A DNA stretch of 63,946 bases, counting the filler, from Reticulomyxa filosa (lineage: Eukaryota > Protista > Foraminifera): assembly GCA_000512085.1 (NCBI GenBank). It is 19 parts of 19 records of this genome, joined end to end, with 100 filler letters (N's around TTAATTAATTAA, not from the genome) between each part and the next. Parts side by side here need not be neighbours in the genome. Positions count along the whole stretch, not along the records: positions 1 to 7,611 come from ASPP01000227.1; positions 7,712 to 11,686 come from ASPP01002108.1; 17 more parts are not named here. One strand, 5' to 3'. A program made the position numbers and the translations under genes. Under the pieces are notes generated by a model, which worked only from the letters and a program-made list of their open reading frames with translations, made no database searches and was not told the DNA's origin. Each line of letters opens with the position of its first letter. Position 1 is the stretch's first letter. This document shows, piece after piece, positions 1 through 11,786 of this stretch.

Positions 1-1304
1 TCATTCGAAATTTTTAAAAATCATTTAAAAAAATCATATTTTTTGCAATCTACTGTAAATATATAACACCTTTTAACATTTTCGTTTTTTGGATAACGCA
101 ATTTATCATATTTTAGTTGAAAATTTATTGTAACGATTACAAAATTACTTTTGTACGTGTATTTTTTAATGATAAATGTAAAAAACTCAATTTACAAATA
201 TATCATAACAAGTTAGCTAAACTTATTTTAAACTGTTAATTACTTTTGTTATTTTAGTTCTGTGAAAGACTATTTAAGAAGCAATTTCAGCTCAATACTG
301 ATGCAAATATAAATATTTCTTGACTATATAGTATTAATGTGTTGGCTCGTTGCTAAGTAAGAGAATCAAATCTAGTGATTGTTTGTTTTTTCTTGAAAAA
401 TCAAAAGTATTGCAAATTGCTTCGAAATTTTTTCTCATTCTTTTTTATTACGTTATTTTCGCGCTCACAGTTTTCACGTGCTTACCACCTTTGTTTCCAT
501 TTTTGTTATTGTACTGGTTTTGTGTTTTCTTTGATACTCGCATTTTTGTTTCAGTTGCTTTGCAATTACCTATTGTTACTAGTGTCAGTTGTAACAACCG
601 TTTTGAGATTTCTTTGAGCTGATGTACAATGTATGAGATATTTGCACATCTGGTGGAAATGTTTTATTAAGTCTTGTTTGTGTTGATGATATAATATGGT
701 AAATTAAATTCATTTTTTAAAATTGAATTCAGCAGTATGCAATAACGTGAATGCGTAAAAATGTTTTATCCATAACAACATGATATCATTGTAATTTTCG
801 TTAAACAAAAAGATCTTCGTAATTAATCAAAACAATTCCTTGTTGCAAAGAGGCTCTCCACAAAATTCTTTTTTCCCCCTTTTTTAAAAAAATGGGTATG
901 TAAATGGTAATGCGAGCTAAACACACAAAGTGTTACAGAATGATGTAGCTTGTTGCGATCATATAATTTGTTTTTAAGGACAGCCTGAGGTAATATATGC
1001 GCAAAATGACCTGCGTACTCACAAACGGCACAACAGAAAGAAATGATAGAATGCGAGCTTTTTGAGGGTATTTGTGTCATTATTTCAGAAGAGAGGAGAT
1101 ATAAGCATAACTTTCGAAAGATTTTGAAAAAAAATCAATCATTAATAAGTGAAAGATAATAAGTAACACGGAATATTTGCAAACAAAAGAAACGAAACAA
1201 AAGGAAAAAAAAATAAGATAAAAAGAAAAAACATAGAAATTAAGGATCACCTTGATCTCTACTTGCCTCTCCCACTACAAATGTAAATTAACAAATGAGG
1301 TTCC

Positions 1305-3232
1305 CTATAAAATAGGCCTTCTATTCAGTGTTTTTTCCCTTGAGTTTCTTCTACATTATCATCAAAGGACCCTCTACTCTGAGGATGCAGTTGCAATTCA
1401 AAATATTCTGCAGTTTTAGGTCCACGTTTGTGGGCAAATGATTCAAAGTTCAGTGTGTCCTTGTCGGTCCATTTCTAGATGAAATATGACATATGCCATT
1501 ATTCATATGCATAATTTCATTATATATACGTATACAGTTTCTCTTTTTTAGTTTGTCACAAAAAAAGGGGGGGAAAAAAAGAAGAAAAAGTTTTCACACC
1601 GTGTCTTTTTTGGTTTTGTTTTTGTAAATACGATTCATCGTGTCGGAGCTTTTTTCAAATACGTCCATGGACTGTCGATGCAATTTGCGTTTGAGGACAG
1701 TTTCTTTAAATTTTTTATGTGCCATACGAAAAGCAGTTTTGGTGGATGACACTTTCCATGCAATTTGCAACACATCGTCCACTGTCTTTCGTTTGGAAGG
1801 ATTTTTTTGTAGTAACCCTTTCACCAAATCAACAGTATACGGACTTACATGTTGCCAATCCTCCTCGTCAAAGTTTGCCTCACCAAATCGAATACAATGT
1901 TGAATCTTGATTTTTTTTTTAAAAAAAGATCGCGCACATATGTTAGAAGATAAAAACAAAAGAAACGTATACTGTGCAATGAACGAAAAAAATACGTAGA
2001 ACTTCTGCATCGCTCTCTCCATAGAAAGGAGGACATCCACATAAAAGGATGAACATAATAACACCAATGGCCCAGTAGTCGACACGAAAGTCATATTTCT
2101 TTCCTTCCAAAATCTCAGGGGCAGTGTATGACAATGTACCAACCATTGTTTTCATAGGTTCATTTCCTTTGACCATTTTCGAAATGCCGAAATCGGCAAT
2201 TTTGATGGTTTTGATCGAGTTTTTACGAACACATAAAATATTTTCTGGCTTCAAGTCGCGGTGTACAATACCCCGTGAGTGCATGTACTTGACCCCGGAA
2301 CATATCTGATACATTACATGACAGCAGTCTTCTTCTGTGTAATGATCACCTTCCAAATTTGCGATTTGATCAAACAATTCACCACCCTCGCATCTATTCC
2401 CATTCCATTTGCGCAATAGCTTTGTTTTCTTTCGCTATCCACACTAGTGAACCTTTTTTAAAAAAGGGGGCCCAAAAAAAATCATAAAAAACTTGACGCA
2501 ACTTCTCCATAACAATGTACAAATATTTCTTATTTTCAAATAAATCCAACAATCTGATGATTGATTTGTGATCCAATTGCTTCATAATTTGTATTTCCGA
2601 ACGCAGCGATTTCTGATCACAAGATCTTTTGTCAACGATCTTGATCGCACAGTCGGTACCATTTACGTGATGTTTCGCTGCAACTACTTTGCTGTTTTGG
2701 CTTTCACTTGTGCCCAACGTTTTTAAAAACCTATTTTTCCGTTTTTTTTCCAAAAAAAAAAAGTGTAGTTTTTTAAAAAATGACAAAAAAAAAAATAAAT
2801 AAAGCACCTATATATGTCTTTAATTTTTAAAGTCGATGCTTTTTGAATGTGTTCAGTCCAAATGCGACAAATCTGAGGAGTGGTTGCTCGAAAATGTAAG
2901 TGGTAGTGACGCGTGACTAACTCGAAGCTGAGGTCGTTTTCTGTCACCTCTCTCGCTAAGTTCGTCCCTTCCAACGGTATTACTTTTTCCAACTCTTCCG
3001 AATGCTCTGTTGCTCCACACAGCAAAAAGTTGTTGCTCAGCACAAAGTATCGTCGTCGCCACGTTTTTTTTGGACTCGTTCGAACGTCCAAATACCCTCG
3101 GACTGTTGCCAGTTTTGGGTATGCTGTTTTGCGGTCTTCATGCGCTTGATTCTCACTTTGAAATCGATGTCGAAATTTATTTTGGTTTTTATCAGTCGGA
3201 TCTTCGCTTGTTTTTAATTGTTTGGTCCTCAT
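1305..3232 (-). CDS. PH-domain Ser/Thr protein kinase, CaMK group (5 exons)
   Basis: PH domain RGYLDVRT..KTWRRRYFVLSNNFL...CRIWTEHIQKA. Kinase motifs CAIK, MEKCEGGELFD, HRDLKPEN, IADFG, GTLSYTAPE, DYWAIGVI. Phase-compatible GT-AG introns at 2731-2807, 2394-2502, 1906-2002 and about 1475-1599; TAG at 1305-1307. Confidence 0.88.
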
Positions 3233-3785
3233 TCCTCTCAAAATTAACTAGTTTTCCCAGAAACAGTGGGACTTATTTTCTATCACAATCGCAACCAAGT
3301 AATACTAGTATCTTAGTCCTTTGATAGATTAAGTAAGGAAATTCTTTCTTTTTATAAACTCGCAAGTGTTTGCATTTAAAAATAGTACTTAAAAAACGAA
3401 ACATTTGACTGGTATAACTTTGGAGCCAGTCACGATTCATACCAACTTGCACCGTTTGCAGCGGAGCGGGTAGATCGCAGAAAATATGATTGCTTATTTT
3501 TGTAGTGCAGAATGTTTCATTGTATAAAAATTATCGAAATAGTAATGTTACCTTTACCAATATCAGAAGCAAAAGATTGGCACTTGATAAAACTCGGATC
3601 AACAAAACAGTTTATTTGAATAAATAAACTTACTATGAAAGCCATTACTTTTAATAATTTTTTTTGCAAACATTAAAGTGTCCAGTTTTGTAATTGTACT
3701 CGCGTGAAAAACACGCTAAGAAACGAAAATAGTGATAAGCCCATAAAGATAAAAAATATCTATAAAAAGAAATAACGAATGTGAG

Positions 3786-5034
3786 TCAAAAGCGAATATT
3801 TTGTTCAAAGGAAGCATATTTTAAAGGTTGCCAGCGTGTGTCAATGCTGACTCTAAAGCGATCGCATGTGTTTACCAAAGAAGCATGAATTAGACGAATA
3901 TCAAATATCAGTACATCACCTTCCGCATAGTTGCTCGTCTTCCAGACAGTTGTTGATTTCTTGCAGTACTCTGTAAAACTTGGAGGGAGTTCTTCATTCA
4001 CTGTGTCTGTAGCTTCATCAAAGTCTAAAGAACGAAATAAATGAAGGAGAATAAGAAAAAGTCAAACGATGAGTTTTTACATAAAAATTAAATGCTCAGA
4101 GATTTTTTTTGTGATCAAACAAATAAATCAAACCAGCTAATAAATGACTTTGATCACAGACGGCCAATCCACCTCTGTTGAATGGAATATCCATCAAAGG
4201 TATCCAACAAGTATACAATTGATTCCAGCCGTTGATAAAACGATAGTAATCACAGTGTTCTTCAGTGTACTCGTTCGTGCCTTTGATACGTAGCCACTTG
4301 GAGTCGTATGTTACTATATCGTGGCAATCCAACAGTCCGCGAAATAGAGAGACTAATTCTTTGCAATGGACAACTGATAAAACTTCTGGAGCGTGTGTAA
4401 TTGGTTTAAATCTGCCAATTATATACACGCATATAGCATATATGTACATATACATATATATGTATGCAAAGAAAAGAGTTAAATACTAACCCAGTTAACA
4501 AGACCCCATTACAGTCTTGTTTAATGTATAAATCGTCAATTTTATGCTCTGCTGATGTCTGAATAATACCAAAGGTGTTGTGCAACGCCTTTGCAATACT
4601 ATTTCTCGCTTTAACAATCAAGTCCTTTGGAATGTAATTTTGCAAGTAAATGTACCCCGTTTTGCTTAGCTCTATTTTTGCATGCATATAATATACGTAG
4701 CAACCTCTTTCAAAATGCATTTTTGTTTTTTTATTTGCTTCCGCCTGGGTACTTTTGTTTGCTACTAAAATTTCAAAACTTCTCAAAATTAATCCTTACT
4801 TTCTCTTAGCAAAGGCATATCTTTCAGCGAATTATTGTCGTTGGGCATTAGCTCAAGTTGTTTGTTCCACTGCAGTCTGAGTCTTCCTACTTGCACAGAA
4901 TCTTTGTCTGGAGAGAGCAAAATTTTCTTTGTTTGGTCCGATTTTTCACTCTCCTTTGTTTCTTCAATTTGTTTTTCTTTGGTTATGGAAGTCATGACTT
5001 TCAACTCAAAAAATTCAACTAGAAAAGAGCCCAT
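3786..5034 (-). CDS. Phytanoyl-CoA dioxygenase (PhyH) family Fe(II)/2-oxoglutarate dioxygenase (4 exons)
   Basis: GYIYLQNYIP N-terminal motif, HxD (EHCDYYRF), YTCWIPLMDIP..GGLAVC, and GDVLIFD..LIHAS..N...FRVSID with the distal His and 2OG-binding Arg. Three phase-compatible introns. The start could instead be the second Met near 4995. Confidence 0.85.
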
Positions 5035-6064
5035 AATAACGTTCTTCGGTGAACTGCTTTAACTAAATTTTTTTGTTCGTCTTATTCTTTAAGATTGTTT
5101 TATAACACAAAATAATAATTTGATTTTAATTTGAAATGTATTCCGCTCCTCCGTCATTTTTTTTTTAGTTAAACAATATGTTTTTAAATATAAAAAGTAA
5201 TTTATGATCGATGAACAAGATGAAAATAATTTAAAGTAATTACAAATGTAACCAAAGAAACACTAAATTAACATGAAAAGAAATATAAAAAAAACTTTCG
5301 CTTTTCACAACAAACTATACAAAAAATATAAAAATGAAAGCAAGAAAACAAAAAGGAAGCAAACTAAGAATTGAAAAAAATTGTCAATTGATTACATTTC
5401 TATTTTAACTTTCACATAACAGCGCGCGTTTAAGTAAAAATATTTCCAATTTTAACAATTAACTTTAGATAGAATAGTAGGAAAACAAGAAAATATAACA
5501 AGATGGCAATGCAAATCATACTAAATATTCACAGAATTTCTAGTTTCACAATACTAGCAATTATACGAAAATTCGCAATAACAAAACCCGTAAAGATTGT
5601 ATGATAATGTAGTCAGTAGTACAAATTATTAATGTGACTAAATATAATGTAACCAAATACCAAAAATAAATAACAAGATAATATTTTTTTTAAACATATT
5701 TCAAATTGAAATATCGTGGATGTTTATCTTTTAGTCGTAAAATTTTTGAGAATTTGTTGTTGAATTTTAATTCGATTAGTTATCCTTATTATGTTGAATA
5801 GGTAAAGTAGCTTCTAATTGTTGCGGTTTGTGATAATTGCAGATAACAACATTTTCTTTATTTTTTGTTTATCTTTTGTAATTCGCTATGACTTTGAAAT
5901 AAGTGATAAGTTTATTATTTTCAAGGATTTGTTTCTTTAAGAAAGCATAGCTAAATATGGTCTTTTCTTTTAATTTAGGTAGTAAATTACCTCACAAAGA
6001 AAGTAAAAAATAGACTAAATATCCACACTTAAACGTTAAGTCGAAGCGTCCTTCAAAAAAAAAA

Positions 6065-7611
6065 ATGGAAAGAAAGGTTGACATGTCTGGTATGGAGGAT
6101 GAGACGAAAGGAAGCGCTGGTGAAACCAAATCAAGATCATCATTACTATCAGTGTCAAGTAATTTTACAACAGCAACGTACCGAAAGGCAATTGAAAGTA
6201 AACAATATGGCCGTGTATGTTACGCTGATCCGAATGAATTGTTTCCACAAGCAACATATTATTTGCATCCTGACCTGAAAAGGCCAGATTATCATCAAAA
6301 CGACAACCAAGAGCCAAAAAAAAGCAAAAAAAGGAGAAGTGAAGATAGTTTCGCAAAAAGTGATGAAACCAGCAAAGAGAAAAAATCTGACAATGATAAC
6401 AAAGGTACCTTTTTGTTGTTTCGTGAACTCATACTATTTTTTTGTAATAACAATCAAGAGGAAAAAAAAAACGTTGTGAATAGAAACAATCAAAGAAGAT
6501 AGCGAAAGCAGCACAGAAAAAGGACCAGTGGAAACAGTGGATGTATTAGTAAAAGATGATAATTCGAACCCAACAACGAACAACGCCTCAGAAAAGCAAG
6601 AAAAGAAAAAAGTGACAAAGACAAATGACGCAGCCACGCACGAGCTGTTTGAAGCAGAAGATTCAGTGGACGAAAACGACCTTGACGAAGAACAAGCAAA
6701 ACCGCAAGACGATATGCTCACTAGTTTTGAATGGAGGGGTGGAGTCAAGACAAAAAAAAAAATTTTTTTCAATCAAAGCAAAAACGACAAAAAAATTTTT
6801 TTTAATAGAAAAAAAAAAAGAAATTGGCGACGAAAAAATTTGGTACCTGGGATGGTGTGTTTGTATCATGTTTGTTGAACATCTTTGGTGTATTGATGTT
6901 CATTCGATTGGGATTTGTGGTCGGCCAGGCGGGATTGTGGTACTCATTCATAATTATCCTGTTGTCCACGACAGTTACAACCTTAACAGCGTTGTCTATG
7001 GCAGCCATTGCCACTAATGGTGAGCAGAGAGCAGGCGGTGCGTACTATATGATTAGTCGTACGTTAGGACCTGCTATTGGAGGTGCCGTTGGCATTTTGT
7101 ATTGGTTTGGCATGAGTGTTGCTGTGTCCATGCATATCATTGGCGTGGTTGAAACTATGGTCGACAATTTCGGTCGCAGTACCGATTCCTTAGCTAATGG
7201 TATCCCCTTTCTTTCTTTCTCTTTTTTGGTCAATGACTTTGACTTTGAACTTGTGATCATTTGAGAAAATTACAACATGTTTTGCTTTGTTTAAAATAAA
7301 AGATGTTCGATTGTATGGAATTTTATTGACATCATTATGTCTAGCGTGTACAACATTTGGGATTGGATGGGTGATCAAAATTCAATTGGTATTGGTTGGT
7401 GTATTGGTGATTGCGATTTTGTCTGCTTTGATTGGCTCATTCATTAATCATAACAGCGCTCGATTACCCGGTGGCAAAGGTTGGTCTAATGGTAATTTAG
7501 TTACGAATATGTCACCTCACTTTCGTCGCGTTGATGGGATTGACTATGATTTCTTCCTTTGCTTTGCTTTGTTTTTCCGTTTAGTCCTATCCTTTTTTTT
7601 TTTTTTTTTTT
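6065..7611 (+). CDS. SLC12 cation-chloride cotransporter family protein, 5' part (SLC12A8/CCC9-like TM1), truncated by contig end
   Basis: KFGTWDGVFVSCLLNIFGVLMFIRLGFVVGQAG, TALSMAAIATNG..AGGAYYMISRTLGPAIGGAVG and GWVIKIQLVL are CCC-family TM1-5 signatures. Introns at about 6405-6483, 6744-6820 and 7200-7302. Confidence 0.88.
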
Positions 7612-7711
7612 NNNNNNNNNNNNNNNNNNNNNNNNNNNNNNNNNNNNNNNNNNNNTTAATTAATTAANNNNNNNNNNNNNNNNNNNNNNNNNNNNNNNNN
7701 NNNNNNNNNNN
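7612..7711. other. Artificial contig-joining spacer N44-TTAATTAATTAA-N44 (first of 18)
   Basis: The identical 100-bp spacer also occurs at 11687-11786, 14048-14147, 15786-15885, 16961-17060, 19705-19804, 22377-22476, 24344-24443, 27186-27285, 28628-28727, 31185-31284, 34278-34377, 35677-35776, 37105-37204, 38276-38375, 53529-53628, 61698-61797 and 62798-62897. TTAATTAATTAA gives stops in all six frames, and gene content changes abruptly across each spacer. Confidence 0.98.
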
Positions 7712-7830
7712 CGAGATCGAGATCGAGACAAAGACAAAGATAAAGATAAAGATAAGGATAAAGATCAAGACAAGGATAAAGATCAAGATAAGGATAAAAA
7801 TCAAGATAAAGATAAGAATAAAAACAAAGA
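7712..7830 (+). repeat. Hexanucleotide repeat (GATAAA/GATCAA variants) encoding an RD/KD dipeptide tract
   Basis: cgagatcgagatcgagacaaagacaaagataaagataaagataaggat... is directly visible. Confidence 0.8.
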
Positions 7831-8701
7831 AAATGAACGCGAACATGAAATTACAAATGACAATGACAAAGACGAAAAAGGAGAACAGTCCACCAAAACG
7901 GTAGAGAAAGAAAGTGAACAATCTCAACCTCAACCTCAATCTCAACTACAATCACAATCGCAGCAGCAAGCAAATGCTTCGACAGCACCAATGCCACTGT
8001 TGCAATGCTTGCCCAATTTGATGGAAAAATACGCGGCGCAATCCTTTACGTATGAAGTGTGGGAACGTGTCGATTTCAAATTGGATGACTCACCCGTTCC
8101 TTTCTTGTTAACACTGCAAAGGTGGAAGGAACAGATCGGGGTCAAGTTGAGAGAACTCAATGAACATATTCATACACTCGTCACTACATGTGTTTGCCGC
8201 GATTATTTCTTGCATCAGATTAATTATGTTACCAATACTCCCATTGGTGTGTGTGTATATGTGTGTTTGTTGTTTTTTTTTTTTTTGTACCTGTATGTTC
8301 ATTAGTGATCATTCAGATTTTCTTGTTACCCCTTTTTTCCGTAATCTCTGCTCCACTGCGTTTGGGTGTGTGTACATATACATGTATACATTTATACATT
8401 TATTCTAGTTCGAGGCTGCGGCTTGGTGTTAACGTGCGAAGTGGCATCACGAAAAGGAGTAGCAGAATTGAAGCATTTATGTTCGAAAATCAAAAACGCT
8501 TTTTCTTTGATGCTGCAAGAGTTGATAGTAGCACATTGCATGGAGTGGATTTTTTTGTACGAACTATTTGCATCGGATTTATTTGAAGTTGTTTTTATTC
8601 CGTGGACTGTTGAATTTAATCAAAGATTAAATACCACTGTCGACCAGAAAGAGTTGTCCCAATTGAAAGATTACTTTGCCAACAAAGATGCAGATAACTA
8701 A
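7712..8701 (+). CDS. C-terminal part of a helical protein, possibly a CATCHR-fold tethering (exocyst Sec15/Sec8-like) subunit
   Basis: A low-complexity tract, then TYEVWE...PFLLTL...LRELNEHIHTLV..CVC...SRKGVAEL, with spacing reminiscent of exocyst C-terminal helical bundles. Intron 8247-8408 joins two ORFs in phase. The family call is weak. Confidence 0.4.
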
Positions 8702-9450
8702 AAAAAAAAAAAGAAAAAAAACAAGCAAAATAAACCGAGTATCTTCCAAAGAAGAAACCTGAAAAAAAATGAACGAAAAAAAAAAGTGATTGTGTCTTTT
8801 TTTTCTTTTTTTTTTTTTGTTTTGTTTTGTTTTTTTGCTTTTGTTCGGGGGGGGGGGGGTTTACTTTTGTTTCGTTTTTGTTGGTTTGTTTACGAATTTG
8901 GTGCAGGTTTGAAATTTTTTGTCAGAGTTGTATTTTTTGGGTGTGTAACAAAAACTATTGGAAGGCAAAAAAAACATGCCATAAACAATAAAGTGGTGTT
9001 TTAGTTTTCTCCATTGAGCTCCTTTTTAGTTGTTGAATTCGAATGTTGTTCAAGATCAGTTCAAAGGGAAACGAAAACAATTAGAAGAGGGTCTTTGTGT
9101 TTGTGTTAGAGATTTGCCGTTTTTTTTGTTTGTTTTGTATGTGTGCTTTCATTTGCGTTTTTCCTTTTTTTTTTGTGAAATGCACTTACGTTTATTCTAT
9201 CAACTTTCCAAAAGCACAATATTTTTGAGTCTTGTTGATAAAAAAAAAAAAACATATCCTTTTTTTTTTTTAATTTAGTATCATTGTTTTGTTGTCGTCT
9301 TGCCCCCTTTTCTCGTTGCCAGTGAAAAGTGAACAAACCGATACATATGTAACCAACACTTTGTTTGGTTTGATTCAAATTGGAGAAAAACCAGCCAAAT
9401 GATAAATAAATTTCTTAAAAAACAAAAACAAAACAACTGACAATTCCCAC

Positions 9451-10851
9451 TTATTTCACACTCGACCTTTCTTTGGTCCACACCCAATGAAATTGGGTTA
9501 TCAAATAATTAACGCTCCTGATTAACAGATTTTCACCTAAAGGGATTTGTTTTGTGTTATTCCATCCCGCTTTGATCATTTCTTCATAGCTTAATCCCAA
9601 TTGCGTTTGGAATCTTACCCGCTCAGTCATTTCATATTTTTGCATCAACGAGACCAGCCGTGCTTGCCTTTCCAAATCTCCTACAATCAATTGTAAATGC
9701 CTCAAAGCAATTCGTTTCCAAGGATAGCCAAAGAATATTCGCATATGCGCACTCATTGCAATGACATCAAAATTTTGTGGTTCGTCATGTCTCTCAGTGT
9801 CTTCTTTTGACATTATTACTTCAATGTCAATATAGTCTCTGTACCCTTGTGACTTTGTTGACATGCCGTTCGAATTGTCAGGAAGTATCTAATTTTCAAA
9901 TATTAACACATCAAGCAATCCAATTTTTTTTTTTCTTCACCATGGAACAAAACATTTAAAAAAAAAAAAAGACAGTTACCTCCACAAATACGTTTTGGTG
10001 TTGTTTTAGCACATCCAAGTTCCTTCGCAAATCGAGGACTCCATGGAAGACGTTGATCAACTGGCGCATTAAGTCTTTTTGTAACTGTCCCAAAGACTGG
10101 ATAGGTTTGCACCACTCTTGAACAAAGCTGTCCGAGTTGCACACACTGCAGCACATTTCAATGAGTCGCAAGCTAAACTCGTCGTTTCCTTTTGCGTTTT
10201 CGCTCGGTTTAAACCAAGACAAAAATTGAGTTTGTTGGACTTGTTGTGTTTCTTTGTCATACGTGACATGGAGATAGACACAAGTCATAAACACAAATCC
10301 AATTTCTTTTTCCGTGAATCGAAAAACTTCCGCGCTCGTCACAGCTTGCATGAAGTGGACTTTTTCCATTAAATGTTGATACAGACGGTCATGACTTTGT
10401 TGTGTTTGCACACGTTGCGTAATGTCTTGTAACTTGTCCGACAAGTCCGAATATTGCAATTGTAATTTTTTGATGTGTTCTTTGGATTGGTAGGTCTGTT
10501 CCTCCGCGTTTTCCAGCTCTTGTTTCTTTTCTTTAATGCTCGCGGCATTTCTCAACATTTGCTGATACATACTTTCAATTTTGTGTAGTCTCTTTTGCTT
10601 TTGCAATTGCTCGCCCGCCTCGCGAATCTTCAAAAACGTCGTAGGTAACAGTTGGTCTTTGTCACGTTTCAGCTGTTCAAAATTGTCTTTCATTACTTGC
10701 ATGCAATATTGTCGCATGAACGTCACTTTCGCTTCGTCATAGTCATATTCGGCCTGTCGTTGCCGAATTTTCTTTAGCTCTTCAATGCTTTGGCGGAGGT
10801 ATTTTTGCTTTTCCGTACTGGCGTTTTTTAACAACTGCAGCAATGGAGAGC

Positions 10852-10885
<34 letters not shown>

Positions 10886-11621
10886 CTTGTCAAGCTCGTC
10901 CAACTCGCGTTCCAATGCCTCCGCTTTGGCACGCAGTGCCTCCGTTTTCTGGTCCAATGATCGTCGAAAGTCACTCAAGGCATCGATTTCGATACGATCG
11001 GTGCATTGCTGGTGGATAATATTTGCCTCGTCATCCAAATCTTGATAGCGTCCGCTGTCCAAAAACGCCGCACCACTTGACGGTCTTGTGTGCGGTACAT
11101 AATCACCTGTGAACACATTCCATTGTTTCAACACCTCACGCCATGCTGGTGTGACGCCAGCTTCCTCTTCATCTTCCTCTTCCTCTGCTTCTGCTTCTTG
11201 TTCTTGTTCTTCTTCTTCTTCTTCTTCTGCTCCTGCGTATTTCTCTTCCTCGTCATGGTGTTCTTCGCTGTTTTCTGGTGCGTCTGTTTCCATATGTGTG
11301 TCATCGCCATACGAACCCACTTCCATTTTTTCGTTTGGTTGCTGTGGGTTCAAGTCACGCATAGGGCTGTCCTTGTCTTGCATGTCGTCAAATGAATTTT
11401 CATTCGGATTGCTTATTGCTCGATCAGGCAAATCCTTCAATCATTATATTACATATATTAATTTAATTAAATTAATTCAATTTTTTTTAAAAAAAAAAAA
11501 AAACAACACACACACACACGCAAGCATAACTTCCAGCTTTCCATCAAAGAGATCTCCTAAGCGTTCTCTGACGCGGATTTCTGTCGTTTTTCAAGTCCAT
11601 CGGCTCTGTGTGAGAAATAGT
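9451..11621 (-). CDS. KNL1: KNL1/Spc105-like outer kinetochore protein (coiled coil + tandem RWD C-terminus), 5' truncated
   Basis: Acidic region with MELT-like motifs (EPMDL, EKMEV, THMET), a long coiled coil, then EVFRFTEKEIGFVF, IFFGYPW..I..LQLIVG and KQIPLGENLLIRSVNYL, which parallel the KNL1 C-terminal RWD pair (..YYPSVPL...HVG, ..KVPLENNYLKNVV). Introns 9889-9979 and about 11435-11530; one probable A-run frameshift near 11590. Confidence 0.65.
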
Positions 11622-11786
11622 CTATGATTCCAAAAACGCAATTTCAAATGAAACTTAAGTCAATTCAAAAAAAAAAAAAAAAAAAANNNNNNNNNNNNNN
11701 NNNNNNNNNNNNNNNNNNNNNNNNNNNNNNTTAATTAATTAANNNNNNNNNNNNNNNNNNNNNNNNNNNNNNNNNNNNNNNNNNNN

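Noticed and set aside
340-640. In-frame TAA/TAG/TGA within coding-like stretches as evidence of stop-codon reassignment
   Set aside because: Intact genes in the window end in TAA, TAG and TGA and contain no internal stops. The affected stretches also have frameshifts, so decay is the simpler explanation.
7656-7667. Recurrent TTAATTAATTAA palindrome as a biological repeat, CRISPR-like array or excision signal
   Set aside because: It is always centred in exactly 44+44 N. It is an artificial stop-in-all-frames spacer, and ORFs ending ...XXXLIN are artefacts of it.
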